This document shows, piece by piece, positions 46,047 to 57,093 of a DNA stretch of 64,000 bases. Source of the DNA: a virus; the IMG/VR virus record IMGVR_UViG_3300036826_000261, positions 1 through 64,000 of that record, one strand, 5' to 3'. The number at the start of each line of letters is the position of its first letter. Position 1 is the first letter of the stretch. A model generated the notes under the pieces. That model worked only from the letters and a program-made list of their open reading frames with translations, was not told where the DNA came from and made no database searches. The position numbers and the translations under genes were made by a program.

Positions 46047-48410
46047 ATGCCCGACATCCGTCTGGTGCAGAACAGGCTGTTTCCCGGTCAGGGCGTGGTG
46101 CAGACCGATTGGCTGTTGCGCAGCAACGGCACGCTTGACGACACGCAGGCGTTGGCCACCGCGATCATTGTCGCGCTCGGCACTGATCGGTTGGCCGACT
46201 CAAGCGACACGCTGCCGGACCCCGATGACACCAACCGGCGCGGCTGGTGGGGCGATTATCAGGCGCAGGACATCTGGGACGGCTGGCCGATCGGCTCGCG
46301 GCTGTGGCTGCTGCAGCGGTCCAAGATCACCGGACCGGAAGCCCGCGAGGGCGCCACCACGGTGCTGGTCACGCAGTACATCCGCGAATGTATCCAGCCG
46401 TTCATCGACCGGCGCATCGGGTCGAGCTTCACGGTCGAGGCCACCCGGGTCGGCAAGGAGCAGATCGACGCGCTGATCCGCATCTATCGCGGGCCGATTG
46501 TCGAAATCGAACTGCGCTACGCCATTCTGTGGGATGAAACCACGCCGCAGGCGACGCCGCCCGCGCCCTGGGCGCCGCTGGCGCCGATGACGAATCGCGG
46601 TCGTGGATCGGCGCGCGGCACCGGCAGCGCGGTCGCCGATGGCGACATGATCATCGATGCAGGTGTTGCCAAGGGTGCTGCGGCGTCGGCGGGCAGCACG
46701 GCGAGCGGTGTCGGCACCAAGAAGCTGACGTCGATCGGGATGGCGCCGGCCGGAATTATTGGCGTGGCGGCGGTCGGCAACTGGAAGATCGCCGTGCCCG
46801 GCGCGGCGGCTGGACATGGCAGCGCGGCGGCGGTGCCGACCGTGTTCGGTGGGGTGGGTGCGGCGAGCGGCATCGGCGTTCTTAACGGCTACAGCGCGGT
46901 CGCGACCAGCTACACCGATATCTACAACGTGCAGAATGTCGCCGGTTGGCAGGACTTTGCAGGCTATCGTGGGTCGTATCGGCAGGTCGTGCAACTGATC
47001 GGCGACAGTCAGGGCAAGATTCGGATTCTGGTCGAGCAGTTCTGCGATGCGGCAGCGGGTCATTTCTCCGATACGACGCATGTGTCGTTCGGCAAATGGG
47101 CGGGCACTAATGCGGACACCACGACGACACCGGTCGAATTGAAATTTGGCGGTGTGTCCGGCTTCACCGGGCCGCGCTCCGGTGCGCAGTTTCAAACACT
47201 GTTGTCCGACACGGTGGCGCATCCCGGTTTCACCTTGGCGACGGGCGATTCGATCGTCGTCATCTTCGATACGCCGACCAGCGATGCGACGGCGCATCTC
47301 GGCGGCGAAGCCTGGGGCGAAGGCGCGTCATCGTTCTGGTGGTGGAATAACTCGCCGCTGGAGACTTGGAATATCGCCGCACCGGGTGTCACGGCTGGCG
47401 GCACCAGTTCGCAGGTGGTCGCGCTGTCCAAGGTGCAGACCGCGCCGGCTGGTCCGACCGCGTCGATCGCGGTCGGCGCGGCAAGCGGCAGCGGCACGGC
47501 GCACGGTGTTGGTCCGCCCGCGACCATCACGGGCACTGGCGCGGCTTCGGCCACCGGCGCGGCGAGTGGGGTTTACGCTACGGCGACGTTGATCTGGGCT
47601 GACGAGTTCACGGCACCGCTTAATCTAGCGTCGGATTCCAATCCGAACGGCACGTGGCGGCCGAACGCGATCTGGCAAGATATCAACCAGGGCTACCAGG
47701 ACTTCGCCGGCACCAACTGGGATATCTCGCCGAACGATCCGGCGTGGGCGGCTTATCCGCCTTATAGTCAATCCGGCAGCGTGCTGACGCTGTATTCGTT
47801 CCGGATGCCGTCCGACATGGTCGCGCATACCCGCGCGCAGATGGACGCGCAGGGCAATTCCAATCCGGTGCCGGCGTGGTGCGGTTGTCAGTTGTCTACC
47901 AACTCGGTGGTGCGCAAGTTCAAGCAGCCCTACTATGTCGAATGGAAAGCGCGCTGGCCGATCGATGGCCAAGGCATGTTCCCGGCGCTGTGGATGTTCT
48001 CCAGCGATTTCAGTCTCGATCCGCAGAACAAGGGTTCGGCCGAGATCGACATGCTGGAGATCAACGGGCATGGCGGCTGGTTCAATACCAATCTGCATCA
48101 GCGTAACACCGATCACAGCGGCTATGACTCGGCAGGCTACGGGCCGTTCACCGGCGACACGCAGGGTTGGCACACTTACGGTGTCGATCGGACGTCCACC
48201 TACATTCGGTTCTATCGCGACAACGTGCTGCTCTATGAAGCAACCGGCACCGATGCGTCATGGTTCAACGACGTCAACATGGACATCCTGATCAACTTCG
48301 CGATGGATGCGTACTGGTTTTACAGTTACGGCCTCAATTCCGATACCACCACGCCGTCGCCGATGACGATGGAGGTTGACTATGTCCGCGTCTACTCCAG
48401 CAAGCCCTAA
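46047..48410 (+). CDS. Mu gp46-like baseplate protein fused to a GH16 glycoside hydrolase domain
   Basis: AL.TDR, RRGWWGD and GSRLWLL.RSK motifs; C-terminal LIW.DEF, PALWM, EIDMLE, WHTYG and M.VDYVRVY motifs. Confidence 0.85.
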   Translation: MPDIRLVQNRLFPGQGVVQTDWLLRSNGTLDDTQALATAIIVALGTDRLADSSDTLPDPDDTNRRGWWGDYQAQDIWDGWPIGSRLWLLQRSKITGPEAREGATTVLVTQYIRECIQPFIDRRIGSSFTVEATRVGKEQIDALIRIYRGPIVEIELRYAILWDETTPQATPPAPWAPLAPMTNRGRGSARGTGSAVADGDMIIDAGVAKGAAASAGSTASGVGTKKLTSIGMAPAGIIGVAAVGNWKIAVPGAAAGHGSAAAVPTVFGGVGAASGIGVLNGYSAVATSYTDIYNVQNVAGWQDFAGYRGSYRQVVQLIGDSQGKIRILVEQFCDAAAGHFSDTTHVSFGKWAGTNADTTTTPVELKFGGVSGFTGPRSGAQFQTLLSDTVAHPGFTLATGDSIVVIFDTPTSDATAHLGGEAWGEGASSFWWWNNSPLETWNIAAPGVTAGGTSSQVVALSKVQTAPAGPTASIAVGAASGSGTAHGVGPPATITGTGAASATGAASGVYATATLIWADEFTAPLNLASDSNPNGTWRPNAIWQDINQGYQDFAGTNWDISPNDPAWAAYPPYSQSGSVLTLYSFRMPSDMVAHTRAQMDAQGNSNPVPAWCGCQLSTNSVVRKFKQPYYVEWKARWPIDGQGMFPALWMFSSDFSLDPQNKGSAEIDMLEINGHGGWFNTNLHQRNTDHSGYDSAGYGPFTGDTQGWHTYGVDRTSTYIRFYRDNVLLYEATGTDASWFNDVNMDILINFAMDAYWFYSYGLNSDTTTPSPMTMEVDYVRVYSSKP

Positions 48411-48517
48411 ACCCAAAGAAGACCCGGCGCCGATTCCGAGCGTTCCGAACGCGCCGCGCGGACGCACCGAGTGGCCGCCGCACTACGACAACCCGCCAGA
48501 AAAGAAAATCGCGTAGC

Positions 48518-49621
48518 ATGCCCTGGTCAACTCCGACGCTTTACGACGTGCGCGTGCTGGTGCGCGATTCGATTCAGGCCATGCTGCCGGGTGCCGACGC
48601 GATGGTCCCGAACAGCGTGCTGCGCGTGCTGTCGGACAGCCAGGGCGCGCAATGTCACGCCGTCTTGCAATATGTAGATTGGCTGGCCAGACAGCTTTTG
48701 CCGGACACCGCCGAAACGGAGTGGTTGGATCGACACGGCAAAATCTGGTTGAAGAACGCCGACGGATCGACCGGGCGCAAAGCCGCCACGCTGGCGTCCG
48801 GTACCGCGACGTTCACCGGTGTGTTCAGCACCATCATTCCGATCGGTCAGCAGCTCGTGGCCGGCGAGATCGGTTACGAGACTACGGCGCAGATCGAAAT
48901 CGATGTCGATCCGACGCCGTGCCCGGTGCGGGCGCTCGATCCGGGCACGATCGGCAATCTCGATCCGGGCACCGTGCTCAATCTGACCGATGCGCCGATT
49001 GGCGCCGATGCCGGCGCTACCGTGGTGACGATGTCCGGCGGCACCGATGAAGAGACCGACGAAGAATTGCGGGTGCGTGTTCTGATGCGCATTCAGCAGC
49101 CGCCGATGGGCGGCGACGCCAACGATTATGTCGCCTGGGCGCTGGCGGTGCCGGGAGTGACGCGGGCCTGGGCGATCTCCGAGATGGGCGCCGGCACGGT
49201 GACTGTGCGCTTCATGATGGATGATCTGCGCGCCAGCAACGGCGGCTTTCCGACTGACGATGATATCACGATGGTGACCGGCTACATCGACACCGTGCGT
49301 CCGGTGACGGTGAAGGATCGCTGGGTGCTGGCGCCGATCCCCGAATACATCAACTTCACGATCAAGGGTCTGTTGCCGGACACCGATCCGTACCGTGTCT
49401 CGATCGAGGATGCGGTGCGCACCATGCTGCGCAACAAGGCCGCACCGGCGCAGACCATCAACGGCGTTCCGATCCCGGCGCAGACGATCTACGCGGCATG
49501 GGTGTCGGAAGCCATCATGAGCGTGAGCGGCGTGATCGGCTTCACGCTTTTGATGGACGATCATCCGATGCCTTACAACGGTTCACTCGCGGTGCTCGGA
49601 ACAATTCTCTATGAGCGATAA
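48518..49621 (+). CDS. Baseplate J-like protein (Mu gp47)
   Basis: Q..PDTA..E.L.RH, GG.D.E.D..LR.R and PP.GG...DY..WAL.VPGV.RAW motifs. Confidence 0.93.
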   Translation: MPWSTPTLYDVRVLVRDSIQAMLPGADAMVPNSVLRVLSDSQGAQCHAVLQYVDWLARQLLPDTAETEWLDRHGKIWLKNADGSTGRKAATLASGTATFTGVFSTIIPIGQQLVAGEIGYETTAQIEIDVDPTPCPVRALDPGTIGNLDPGTVLNLTDAPIGADAGATVVTMSGGTDEETDEELRVRVLMRIQQPPMGGDANDYVAWALAVPGVTRAWAISEMGAGTVTVRFMMDDLRASNGGFPTDDDITMVTGYIDTVRPVTVKDRWVLAPIPEYINFTIKGLLPDTDPYRVSIEDAVRTMLRNKAAPAQTINGVPIPAQTIYAAWVSEAIMSVSGVIGFTLLMDDHPMPYNGSLAVLGTILYER

Positions 49622-50501
49622 GCATATCCGCCGCGACGGCGACGACTACGGCACTGAGCTGATGCTGTTGCTGCCGAGCGGGCAGGCATGGCCGAAAGAC
49701 CCTGGCTCGACGCTCGATCTCGTGATCCGCGGTTTGGCATTCTACTACGGCGTAGTCGATGGCCGTGCCGCCGATCTGTTGGAGATCGAAAGCGATCCGA
49801 CGCAAACCACCGGTGCGTCGTTGCTGCCGGATTGGGAGCGCAACTGGGCGCTGCCCGACGCCTGCGAGGTGCATCCGCCGACCGACGATCAGGGACGCCG
49901 CGACGAACTGATGTTCAAGATGACGCTGCTGGGACGACCGGACCGGCAGTTCTTCATCGACTGGGCGGCACGGCGCGGCGAGACCATCACGATTAGGGAG
50001 TACGCGCCGTACATGTGCGGCATTTCTCGGGTCGGCGAAACGCGAGTTATTACTACGGCGCAGAACAGGACGCCGATATCGCAACATAAGTCAGCGGCGT
50101 TGTCGGCGCCGCCAGTGTCACCACCGCCGCCGGTGCTGTCGTTGTCGGCATCGCCGCCGATGGTCGAGGGGTTCGTGATTTCGCCCGGCGCCGCGAGCGG
50201 TCACGGCGTTGCGATGGGGATTCCGTCGGGCGTGCGGATTTCGGCTGGCGCGGCGGTTGGCACGAGCTACGCGACATCGAAGCCGTCCAATGTCGCGGGC
50301 GACGTGATGTACGATCAATATTATCGCTGGCAACTCGGTCCGACCGGGCTGCGCTACTACTGGCTGGTCGATCTCGAACACACGCTGACCGGCATCGAGT
50401 GCCTGTTCCGCCGCTACAAGCCGGGCCACACCCACGTCGTGTTCACCTATCGCTCGCAGCTCGATCGCGCCATCAGCCTCTATCCGTGGCTCGGAGTGTA
50501 G
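49611..50501 (+). CDS. Baseplate wedge protein (Mu gp48/DUF2313-like)
   Basis: LLP.G.AW, LLPDWER...LPD.C and EC...RYKP.HT motifs. Confidence 0.88.
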   Translation: MSDKHIRRDGDDYGTELMLLLPSGQAWPKDPGSTLDLVIRGLAFYYGVVDGRAADLLEIESDPTQTTGASLLPDWERNWALPDACEVHPPTDDQGRRDELMFKMTLLGRPDRQFFIDWAARRGETITIREYAPYMCGISRVGETRVITTAQNRTPISQHKSAALSAPPVSPPPPVLSLSASPPMVEGFVISPGAASGHGVAMGIPSGVRISAGAAVGTSYATSKPSNVAGDVMYDQYYRWQLGPTGLRYYWLVDLEHTLTGIECLFRRYKPGHTHVVFTYRSQLDRAISLYPWLGV

Positions 50502-50504
50502 AGA

Positions 50505-51311
50505 ATGAAGTACAACTCGCCATGGAACGATCCGGACACCAACGATCCTTATGTCAACGGCCAGCCGGCGCAGGGCGTCGAAGGCAGCGTGATTCCGGCC
50601 GAATCGATCGAGTACCCGCAGCGCGAGATCGTCAACACCATCGCGCAGAACGGTTTCTTTCCGACCAACAGCGACACCAATCAGCTCGGTCGCGCGGTGC
50701 AGCTCGATCTGTGCAACTTCGGGGTCGATTACGGCATCGCCAACGAAATGGCCGTGACGCTCGATCCGACGCCGCTCAACTATCATGTCGGTCTGAAGAT
50801 TTTCATTCTGGTCGCGCAGGCGAACTCCGGCGCGACCGTGCTCAATGTTAACGGGCTCGGCGCGGTGCCGGTGCGGCATCCTGATTTGACCGAGCTGTCG
50901 CCGGGTGACGTGATCCCCGGCGGCATCGCGCTGGTCTATCACGACGGCACGCAATTCCAGCTCTTGTTCGGCGCCAAGTCGGCGGCGGGGCCGGCAGGAC
51001 CGCAAGGCGCCACCGGACCGGCAGGAGCGACCGGCGCGACCGGCGCCACCGGCGCGACCGGCGCCAAGGGCGACAAGGGCGCGACCGGGCCGCAAGGCCC
51101 GTCAGGCGCACCGGCTTCGCTGATCGTCGGGCTCGGCGGCATCGGCTCGTATTTGTTCAACATCACCTATCTGGGCGTCTACGACGATTCGAGCCTGACC
51201 TACGCGATCAATCAACTGGGCTACGGCGGCACCTGGGCGCAGCACGGCATCGTGCAGCAAGGCTGGTTCTCCGGCGCGCTGGCCGAGTTCTTAGGCCAGA
51301 GGATCGCGTGA
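50505..51311 (+). CDS. Tail fibre protein 1
   Basis: YVNG...G..GS.IP...IE.PQREIVN; N.GA..LN.NG.G; short collagen tract. Confidence 0.8.
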   Translation: MKYNSPWNDPDTNDPYVNGQPAQGVEGSVIPAESIEYPQREIVNTIAQNGFFPTNSDTNQLGRAVQLDLCNFGVDYGIANEMAVTLDPTPLNYHVGLKIFILVAQANSGATVLNVNGLGAVPVRHPDLTELSPGDVIPGGIALVYHDGTQFQLLFGAKSAAGPAGPQGATGPAGATGATGATGATGAKGDKGATGPQGPSGAPASLIVGLGGIGSYLFNITYLGVYDDSSLTYAINQLGYGGTWAQHGIVQQGWFSGALAEFLGQRIA

Positions 51312-52141
51312 TGCAGTACAATCCGCCGTGGGACGCCTTCGAGGCGGGACTGTTCGACGCGCCTTATGTCAACGGCGACGAGCACAAGGGCATCGCCGGC
51401 AGCATCATTCCGCCGCAGGCGATCGAGCTGCCACAGCGCGAGATCGTCAACTTCATCACGCAGAACGACATCAGCCCGTCCAATGCCGATCTCACGCAGC
51501 TCGGTCGCGCGCTGCAGCTCGATCTGTGCAACTACGCGGTTGACACCGGCGTGCCGAACGCGCTTGCCGTGACGATCGATCCGACGCCGAAAACTTATCA
51601 GGCCGGTCTGAAGCTGTTCATTCTGGTCAACTACGCCAACACCGGCGCCACGACATTGGTGATCAACGGCATCTCGCCGGTGCATCCGGTGCCGGTGCGG
51701 CATCCCGGCGGCGTGGTCGAGCTGGCGCCGAACGATCTGTTACCGAACGCCATTGCGCTGGTCTATTACGACGGCACGGTGTTTCAACTGCTGTTCTCGG
51801 CGCGGCCGACCGCAGGACCAGCCGGCGCGATCGGTGCGCAAGGTCCGCAAGGCGCCACTGGCGCCACCGGCGCCACCGGGGCGAAAGGCGTCAGAGGCGA
51901 CACCGGTGCCGCCGGGCCGCCCGGTCCGGCGGGCAGTTCAGCCGGACTGATCGTCGGCTATGGCGGCGTCGGCAGTCTGGGCTTCTTCAACACTTACTAT
52001 TCGATCTATGACGCCACGTCCTTGAACTACGCGCTCAACGCGCTGCTGGGCGTCGGCGGCACGTGGTCGGATCGCGGCACCGTGACGCAAGGCTGGTACT
52101 CCGGCGCGTTGACCGAGTTCATGGCGCAGAGGATCGCATGA
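51311..52141 (+). CDS. Tail fibre protein 2 (full-length paralogue of fibre 1)
   Basis: Same motifs end to end, including QGW.SGAL.EF..QRIA. Confidence 0.8.
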   Translation: MQYNPPWDAFEAGLFDAPYVNGDEHKGIAGSIIPPQAIELPQREIVNFITQNDISPSNADLTQLGRALQLDLCNYAVDTGVPNALAVTIDPTPKTYQAGLKLFILVNYANTGATTLVINGISPVHPVPVRHPGGVVELAPNDLLPNAIALVYYDGTVFQLLFSARPTAGPAGAIGAQGPQGATGATGATGAKGVRGDTGAAGPPGPAGSSAGLIVGYGGVGSLGFFNTYYSIYDATSLNYALNALLGVGGTWSDRGTVTQGWYSGALTEFMAQRIA

Positions 52142-52479
52142 TCAACACCACGCGCACCATCGTCTCGGCTGTCAATCCGGTCCGCTATCAGGATGATTTC
52201 GCGGTGTGGCTGAAGGTCTGGTTCGAAGAGTTGAGCGAACCAGTGCTGTTCTGCGCGATCCCGTTCGATGTCGAAGTGCACGGCCGCGAGCTGTGGATCA
52301 GGGCGATGGCCGGCGAATACGGCCCGGTCGATGTGCGGCCGAAGCCTGACATGCCGGTCGGCCGGTTCAAGATCACGCGGCTGCCGGGACCGCGACTGAT
52401 CCAGATGATCGAGAGCAAGCAGTTCTGTTGCGAGCCGCTGGCCGATGACGATACCAACGGGCCGATCAAATGGCGATGA
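52138..52479 (+). CDS. Tail fibre assembly/chaperone-like protein
   Basis: DVE.HGRELW..A.AGEYGP motif; directly after the fibre genes. Confidence 0.65.
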   Translation: MINTTRTIVSAVNPVRYQDDFAVWLKVWFEELSEPVLFCAIPFDVEVHGRELWIRAMAGEYGPVDVRPKPDMPVGRFKITRLPGPRLIQMIESKQFCCEPLADDDTNGPIKWR

Positions 52480-52841
52480 CGCTTGATCTAACCACCTATA
52501 CCGATTCCGATCTGGTCGAGAGCTTCATCTATCAGCTCGTGGACGGCACGCCGATCGATCTGACCGGCTACTCGTTGCGCATGCACGTGCGCAAGCACGC
52601 GGAAGACGCTACCGCGCTGTTCGAGTGCTCGACCTTCAACGGACTGATCTGGTGGAATGATATCGTGGGCGGCGCGTTCACCCTGCAGATACCCGTCGCG
52701 ATCCTGGTATCGCTGTCGCCCGGCACCTACACGCAATCGCTGATCGCCACGCAGCCGGTGTCGCTGCTGCGGCGTGATTTGTGGCGCGGCTCGTTGATCC
52801 ACGCCGCCGGTCCGACACGTTGGGATTTGGGCACGCTATGA
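52470..52841 (+). CDS. BppU-like Ig-fold protein
   Basis: [10 protein letters not shown]...M.VR motif. Confidence 0.65.
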   Translation: MAMTLDLTTYTDSDLVESFIYQLVDGTPIDLTGYSLRMHVRKHAEDATALFECSTFNGLIWWNDIVGGAFTLQIPVAILVSLSPGTYTQSLIATQPVSLLRRDLWRGSLIHAAGPTRWDLGTL

Positions 52842-54124
52842 CCAGAAAAATTATCGGCGAACAACACCCCAACGTGCGGGCGGGCACCAGTCCGCCGCAT
52901 CCTGCGCAAACCGATTCGACCGTGCCGGTCACCGACGTGGTGCAGATCGGTCCGCCGGGGCCGCCCGGCCCGAACGGTCCGCCGGGACCGCCCGGCCCGA
53001 CTGGCGCGGTCGGGCAGACCGGTCCGCAGGGGCCGCAAGGCCCGCAGGGACCGCAAGGCCCGCAGGGCTCGCAAGGCCCGCAGGGACCATCCGGGCCGCC
53101 CGGCGGCCTCGGCGAAGCGCCGAGCGACAGCACGTCCTACGGCCGCAGAAACGCGGCGTGGTCGTCGGTCACCGAAGAGGCGCCGAACGACGGCCAGACC
53201 TACGGTCGCAAGAACAAGGCATGGGTGGTCGGCGGCGGCGGTGGCGCCACGGTCACCGCGTCGGATACGCCGCCGGGCTCGCCGAGCGCCGGCAGCCTGT
53301 GGTTCAACACAACCAACGGCCAGCTCTACATCTATTTCAACGACGGCACATCGTCGCAATGGGTGTTCGCGTCGGGTGGCGTGCAGAATCAACCGCAGGT
53401 GCCGCGCGGCGCGCTCGGCGGGTTGACGCTGTCCACGGCGGGCAGTTCGGCGACGTTCACGGTGCAGCCCGGACGCGCTGCGGATTCCACCGCTGCATTG
53501 CTGATGAACCTCGCATCGGCGATGAACAAGACCACCAGCGCATGGGCGGCGGGCAGCGGCAACGGCGCGCTCGACACCGGCGCGATCAGCGCGGCGGCTT
53601 GGTACCATGTCTTTTTGATCATGAACCCGACGTCGGGCGCGGTCGATATCCTGATCTCGCTGTCGGCGACGGCACCGACCATGCCGTCCGGCTACACGCT
53701 GTTCCGGCGCATCGGCTCGATGCTGACCGCGTCGTCGCTGTGGGTGAAATTTTCGCAGCGCGGCGACGAATTTTTGTGGGATGCGCCGGTCGTCAACGCC
53801 AGCGCAGTCGCGTTCACCGTGACTGCGACATTGCTGGCGCTGGGTGTGCCGCCGGGGATTCAGGTCAACGCGTTCGGGCAGGTGCGCGCCGACTACGCCA
53901 CCAACGCGGCGACTTTCACGCTGTCATCGCCGGACATCACGGCGCCGGTGGTCGGCAGCGCCACGTCATCGTTGGTGGTCTCGGGTACTTCCACCAACTC
54001 GGTCAGTTACTTCAACATCCGCACCAACACCGCGCAGCAAATCCGTTATCAGGCCAACGGCACCGGTCCGACCTTCAGCCTGGGCACGTTCGGCTGGATC
54101 GATCGTCGCGGCAAGGACGATTAG
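52838..54124 (+). CDS. Tail fibre/spike protein with collagen and fibritin-foldon-like motifs
   Basis: GPQ tract; two EAP.D...YGR.N.AW motifs; G.LWF.T..G.LYIY; MPSGYT..RRIGS. Confidence 0.8.
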   Translation: MTRKIIGEQHPNVRAGTSPPHPAQTDSTVPVTDVVQIGPPGPPGPNGPPGPPGPTGAVGQTGPQGPQGPQGPQGPQGSQGPQGPSGPPGGLGEAPSDSTSYGRRNAAWSSVTEEAPNDGQTYGRKNKAWVVGGGGGATVTASDTPPGSPSAGSLWFNTTNGQLYIYFNDGTSSQWVFASGGVQNQPQVPRGALGGLTLSTAGSSATFTVQPGRAADSTAALLMNLASAMNKTTSAWAAGSGNGALDTGAISAAAWYHVFLIMNPTSGAVDILISLSATAPTMPSGYTLFRRIGSMLTASSLWVKFSQRGDEFLWDAPVVNASAVAFTVTATLLALGVPPGIQVNAFGQVRADYATNAATFTLSSPDITAPVVGSATSSLVVSGTSTNSVSYFNIRTNTAQQIRYQANGTGPTFSLGTFGWIDRRGKDD

Positions 54125-54125
54125 C

Positions 54126-55640
54126 ATGCTGGATTTTCCCAATTCGCCATCGCTCAATCAGTTGTTTCCGACCACCAACCCGCAATGGCAGTGGAACGGC
54201 ACGGCGTGGACGCCCTATGTGCTGTCGCAGGTGTCCGGGCTGCAGGTCAAGGTTCGGGTGTTCACTTCGACGCAGACCTACGCGCCGACGCCCGGCTTGC
54301 AATTCGCAATGGTTGAATGTCTCGGCGGCGGTGGCGGTGGCGGCGGCTGCGGCGGCGCTGCATCGCAATCGGTCGGGTCGGGCGGCGGCGCGTCCGGCTC
54401 GTACTCGCGGTCGCTGTTGAGCGCCGCGCAGATCGGCGCGTCACAGGCCATTACCATCGGCGCGGCGGGCTCTGGCGGCGCGTCCGGGCAGAACAACGGC
54501 GGCACCGGCGGCCAGACATCGTTCGGTGCACTGGTGACGGCGCCGGGCGGCGGCGGTGGTGTCGCCGGCAGCGGCGCGGCCAGCCCGTCGAACGGCATTG
54601 CCGGCGCGGCGGGTGTCGGTGATTTCGCGATCCGAGGCAATGATGGCGGTTCCGGCATGTACGTGCCTTCGGCCACCGCGACCGCCTATGGCGGCTTCGG
54701 CGCGCCGAGCCAGTTCGGCGGCATGGCGTGCGCGCTGCAAGCGGCGTCATCGGCCTCGAACGGCAGTACGGGCAAAGGTTACGGTGCGGGTGGCTCGGGC
54801 GGCGCCTCGATGGGCGTTGCGACCACGGCGTCCGGCGGCGCCGGTGTCGCGGGCGTCTGTATCGTCACCGAGTTCGGCAATTTCGGCTATGTGCCGCCGA
54901 TCTTCGTCATGCGTTCGTATCTCGCCGGCTATACGTTGTCATCGCCAGGGTCTTCGAGCTTGTTCACGGCGCAGCCGGGACAAGCCGCCGATTCGACCAA
55001 TGCCGACTACATCAGCCTGACGGCGGCGATCAACAAATCCACTAGTGCGTGGGCGGCCGGCACCGGCAATGGCGGGCTCGACACCGGCGCGATCGCGATC
55101 AACACGTGGTACCACGTTTTCGCGATCAAGAACCCAACGACAAATGTCGTCGATATTCTGATTTCGCTATCGGCGACGGCGCCGACCATGCCAAGCGGCT
55201 ACACGCTGTTCCGGCGCATCGGTTCGATCAAGACCAATTCGTCATCGCAATGGAAGGGGTTCAGCCAGCGTGGTGATGAATTTATCCTGACTGAAACGCT
55301 GACCCAAGATGTTAACACAACAACTCTCGGCACAACGGCGACGCCGTACACCTTGGCGTCGGTTCCGAGCGGCATTCAGGTCATCGCGATGTTTCGCGGC
55401 TCGATGCAAAACGCAGCAGGAAACGCCATCACGATTTCGTCACCGGATGAATTGTCGGTGGCGGTCAACACCCCCGCCGGCAACTTGACGATCTCGAATG
55501 GCGCTGGGTTGACAGTTGATTTCCAACTGCAGCTTCGAACTAACACAAGTCAGCAGATTCGCGCGGTGTCGCTGAATGCGAACACAACTTTCTATGTCGT
55601 GCCGTACGGTTGGCTCGATCGGCGCGGCCAAGACAACTAA
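54126..55640 (+). CDS. Gly-rich tail fibre-related protein
   Basis: DFP.SP...Q and W.W.GTAW N-terminus; Gly-rich domain; C-terminal domain paralogous to the previous gene. Confidence 0.8.
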   Translation: MLDFPNSPSLNQLFPTTNPQWQWNGTAWTPYVLSQVSGLQVKVRVFTSTQTYAPTPGLQFAMVECLGGGGGGGGCGGAASQSVGSGGGASGSYSRSLLSAAQIGASQAITIGAAGSGGASGQNNGGTGGQTSFGALVTAPGGGGGVAGSGAASPSNGIAGAAGVGDFAIRGNDGGSGMYVPSATATAYGGFGAPSQFGGMACALQAASSASNGSTGKGYGAGGSGGASMGVATTASGGAGVAGVCIVTEFGNFGYVPPIFVMRSYLAGYTLSSPGSSSLFTAQPGQAADSTNADYISLTAAINKSTSAWAAGTGNGGLDTGAIAINTWYHVFAIKNPTTNVVDILISLSATAPTMPSGYTLFRRIGSIKTNSSSQWKGFSQRGDEFILTETLTQDVNTTTLGTTATPYTLASVPSGIQVIAMFRGSMQNAAGNAITISSPDELSVAVNTPAGNLTISNGAGLTVDFQLQLRTNTSQQIRAVSLNANTTFYVVPYGWLDRRGQDN

Positions 55641-55655
55641 CAGAGGTTTCACGAC

Positions 55656-56420
55656 ATGGACCTGTTCGTCATCACACTGGCCGATGGCATTCCGATTGCC
55701 GGCGACGGCGATGTCAAGACCATCAACGCGCTGATGGAAGACGGCGCGCTTGCCACCATCGGGCGGCTGTCGGACGCGGCAGTGACGTCAACCGACGCCA
55801 CGCCGGTCTCGGTGGTCTCGCTGCTGAAGCAGCTCTCGTCCACTATGCAGGACATCCGCGGCGATCTGCCGTCGTCGCTCGGCACCGGCGGCGGGCTCAA
55901 GATCGAGGGCTCGGGCACGCCGCTGCCGGTCACCGGCACATTGACGACCGTCGAGAACCAGGGCGCGGTCGCGGTGACGACGTTCACCTGCGGCACCTCG
56001 CCTTACGGTGCCGGCGAGGTGGTCGGCGTCGGCGGCGGCAACGCCGCGCTGTTCTTCGCCGCGATCGCTACCGGCGCGGCGGCGATCGAAATCCGCTCGG
56101 CGGAACTGATGATCGCCCGGAGCGCGGTGATCTCCGGCGAAACCACCTACCGGCTGCACCTCTACAATGTCACACCGCCGTCGGCACTGGCTGATAGCGT
56201 GGCGTTCGATCTGGCGGCCGGTGACCGTTCGGCCTATCTCGGCTATATCGATTTCGGCACCTTGCAGGTGCTGGGCTCGACGCTGTTTTCCGAAGTGCTC
56301 AATGTCGGCAAGATGATGAAGACCGCCAGTGCCGGCATCTACGGCTATCTGCAGACCATCGGCGCGTTCACGCCGACCGCTGCGCAGTACCGCATCACGC
56401 TGGGGGCGCGACAACAGTGA
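55656..56420 (+). CDS. Hypothetical virion-associated protein
   Basis: GAGG RBS; beta-rich. Confidence 0.65.
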   Translation: MDLFVITLADGIPIAGDGDVKTINALMEDGALATIGRLSDAAVTSTDATPVSVVSLLKQLSSTMQDIRGDLPSSLGTGGGLKIEGSGTPLPVTGTLTTVENQGAVAVTTFTCGTSPYGAGEVVGVGGGNAALFFAAIATGAAAIEIRSAELMIARSAVISGETTYRLHLYNVTPPSALADSVAFDLAAGDRSAYLGYIDFGTLQVLGSTLFSEVLNVGKMMKTASAGIYGYLQTIGAFTPTAAQYRITLGARQQ

Positions 56421-56427
56421 GGACCGC

Positions 56428-56688
56428 ATGGCACTTGTGCAAGTCGATATGAGCAACTGTGTGGTCGTATCGCCCCGCGACAGCATGACACTGGGGGAGT
56501 TGATCGCGATCGCCCGGGAATGCAAGAACTTCAGCCTACGCGATCTCGAACGCGCCACCGGAATTTCGTCCGCGCTGCTCAGCCAGATCGAGACCGGCAA
56601 GATCAAGAATCCGAGCTTCGCCAAGGTGGTGCGGATCACCCGCGCGCTGGGCATCAGCCTGGATCGCGCCGCGAGCACCGTGCGATGA
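56428..56688 (+). CDS. XRE-family HTH regulator
   Basis: SLRDL...TGIS...LSQIETGK..NPS motif. Confidence 0.85.
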   Translation: MALVQVDMSNCVVVSPRDSMTLGELIAIARECKNFSLRDLERATGISSALLSQIETGKIKNPSFAKVVRITRALGISLDRAASTVR

Positions 56689-56772
56689 GCTGCGCCCGCT
56701 GCCGCGCGATTCGCCAGATGGTGCGGGCGGCATTGAACTGGCCGTCGCGGTCGCCCGCGACGGCCAAGCCGG

Positions 56773-57093
56773 TCACTTTGAGAAGTGCGCCTCCAGCGCG
56801 TCGCAGCACAGCCGCAACTGGGCGCCGCGTCCGGTCACCGCCATATACCTGACGTCGAGCAGTTTGCAGATCGCGCCGGCCAGCAACGCGGCGTCCATGC
56901 CGCGTGCCGAGCGGGCGCCGTTTTTCAGTGTGAGCCCTTTCATGTCTTCCGGGTTGGCTCGCACTTTATGCGGCTTGATCGAACCGGTTAACCCGAACAC
57001 CTGGGCGAAGCTCTCGACGCCGGCTTCGCTGATGAAGGCGTGATCGTAGGCGCGCAGGTTCTTGATGGCATTCAACTTGACTGGATCAGGCAT
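56773..57093 (-). CDS. Hypothetical protein
   Basis: GGAG RBS; AT-rich promoter-like region upstream (57150-57180). Confidence 0.65.
   Translation of the reverse strand: MPDPVKLNAIKNLRAYDHAFISEAGVESFAQVFGLTGSIKPHKVRANPEDMKGLTLKNGARSARGMDAALLAGAICKLLDVRYMAVTGRGAQLRLCCDALEAHFSK

Noticed and set aside
50505-55640. Diversity-generating retroelement or invertible fibre cassette
   Set aside because: No reverse transcriptase or invertase, no adenine-specific repeat pair, and all genes are on the same strand.
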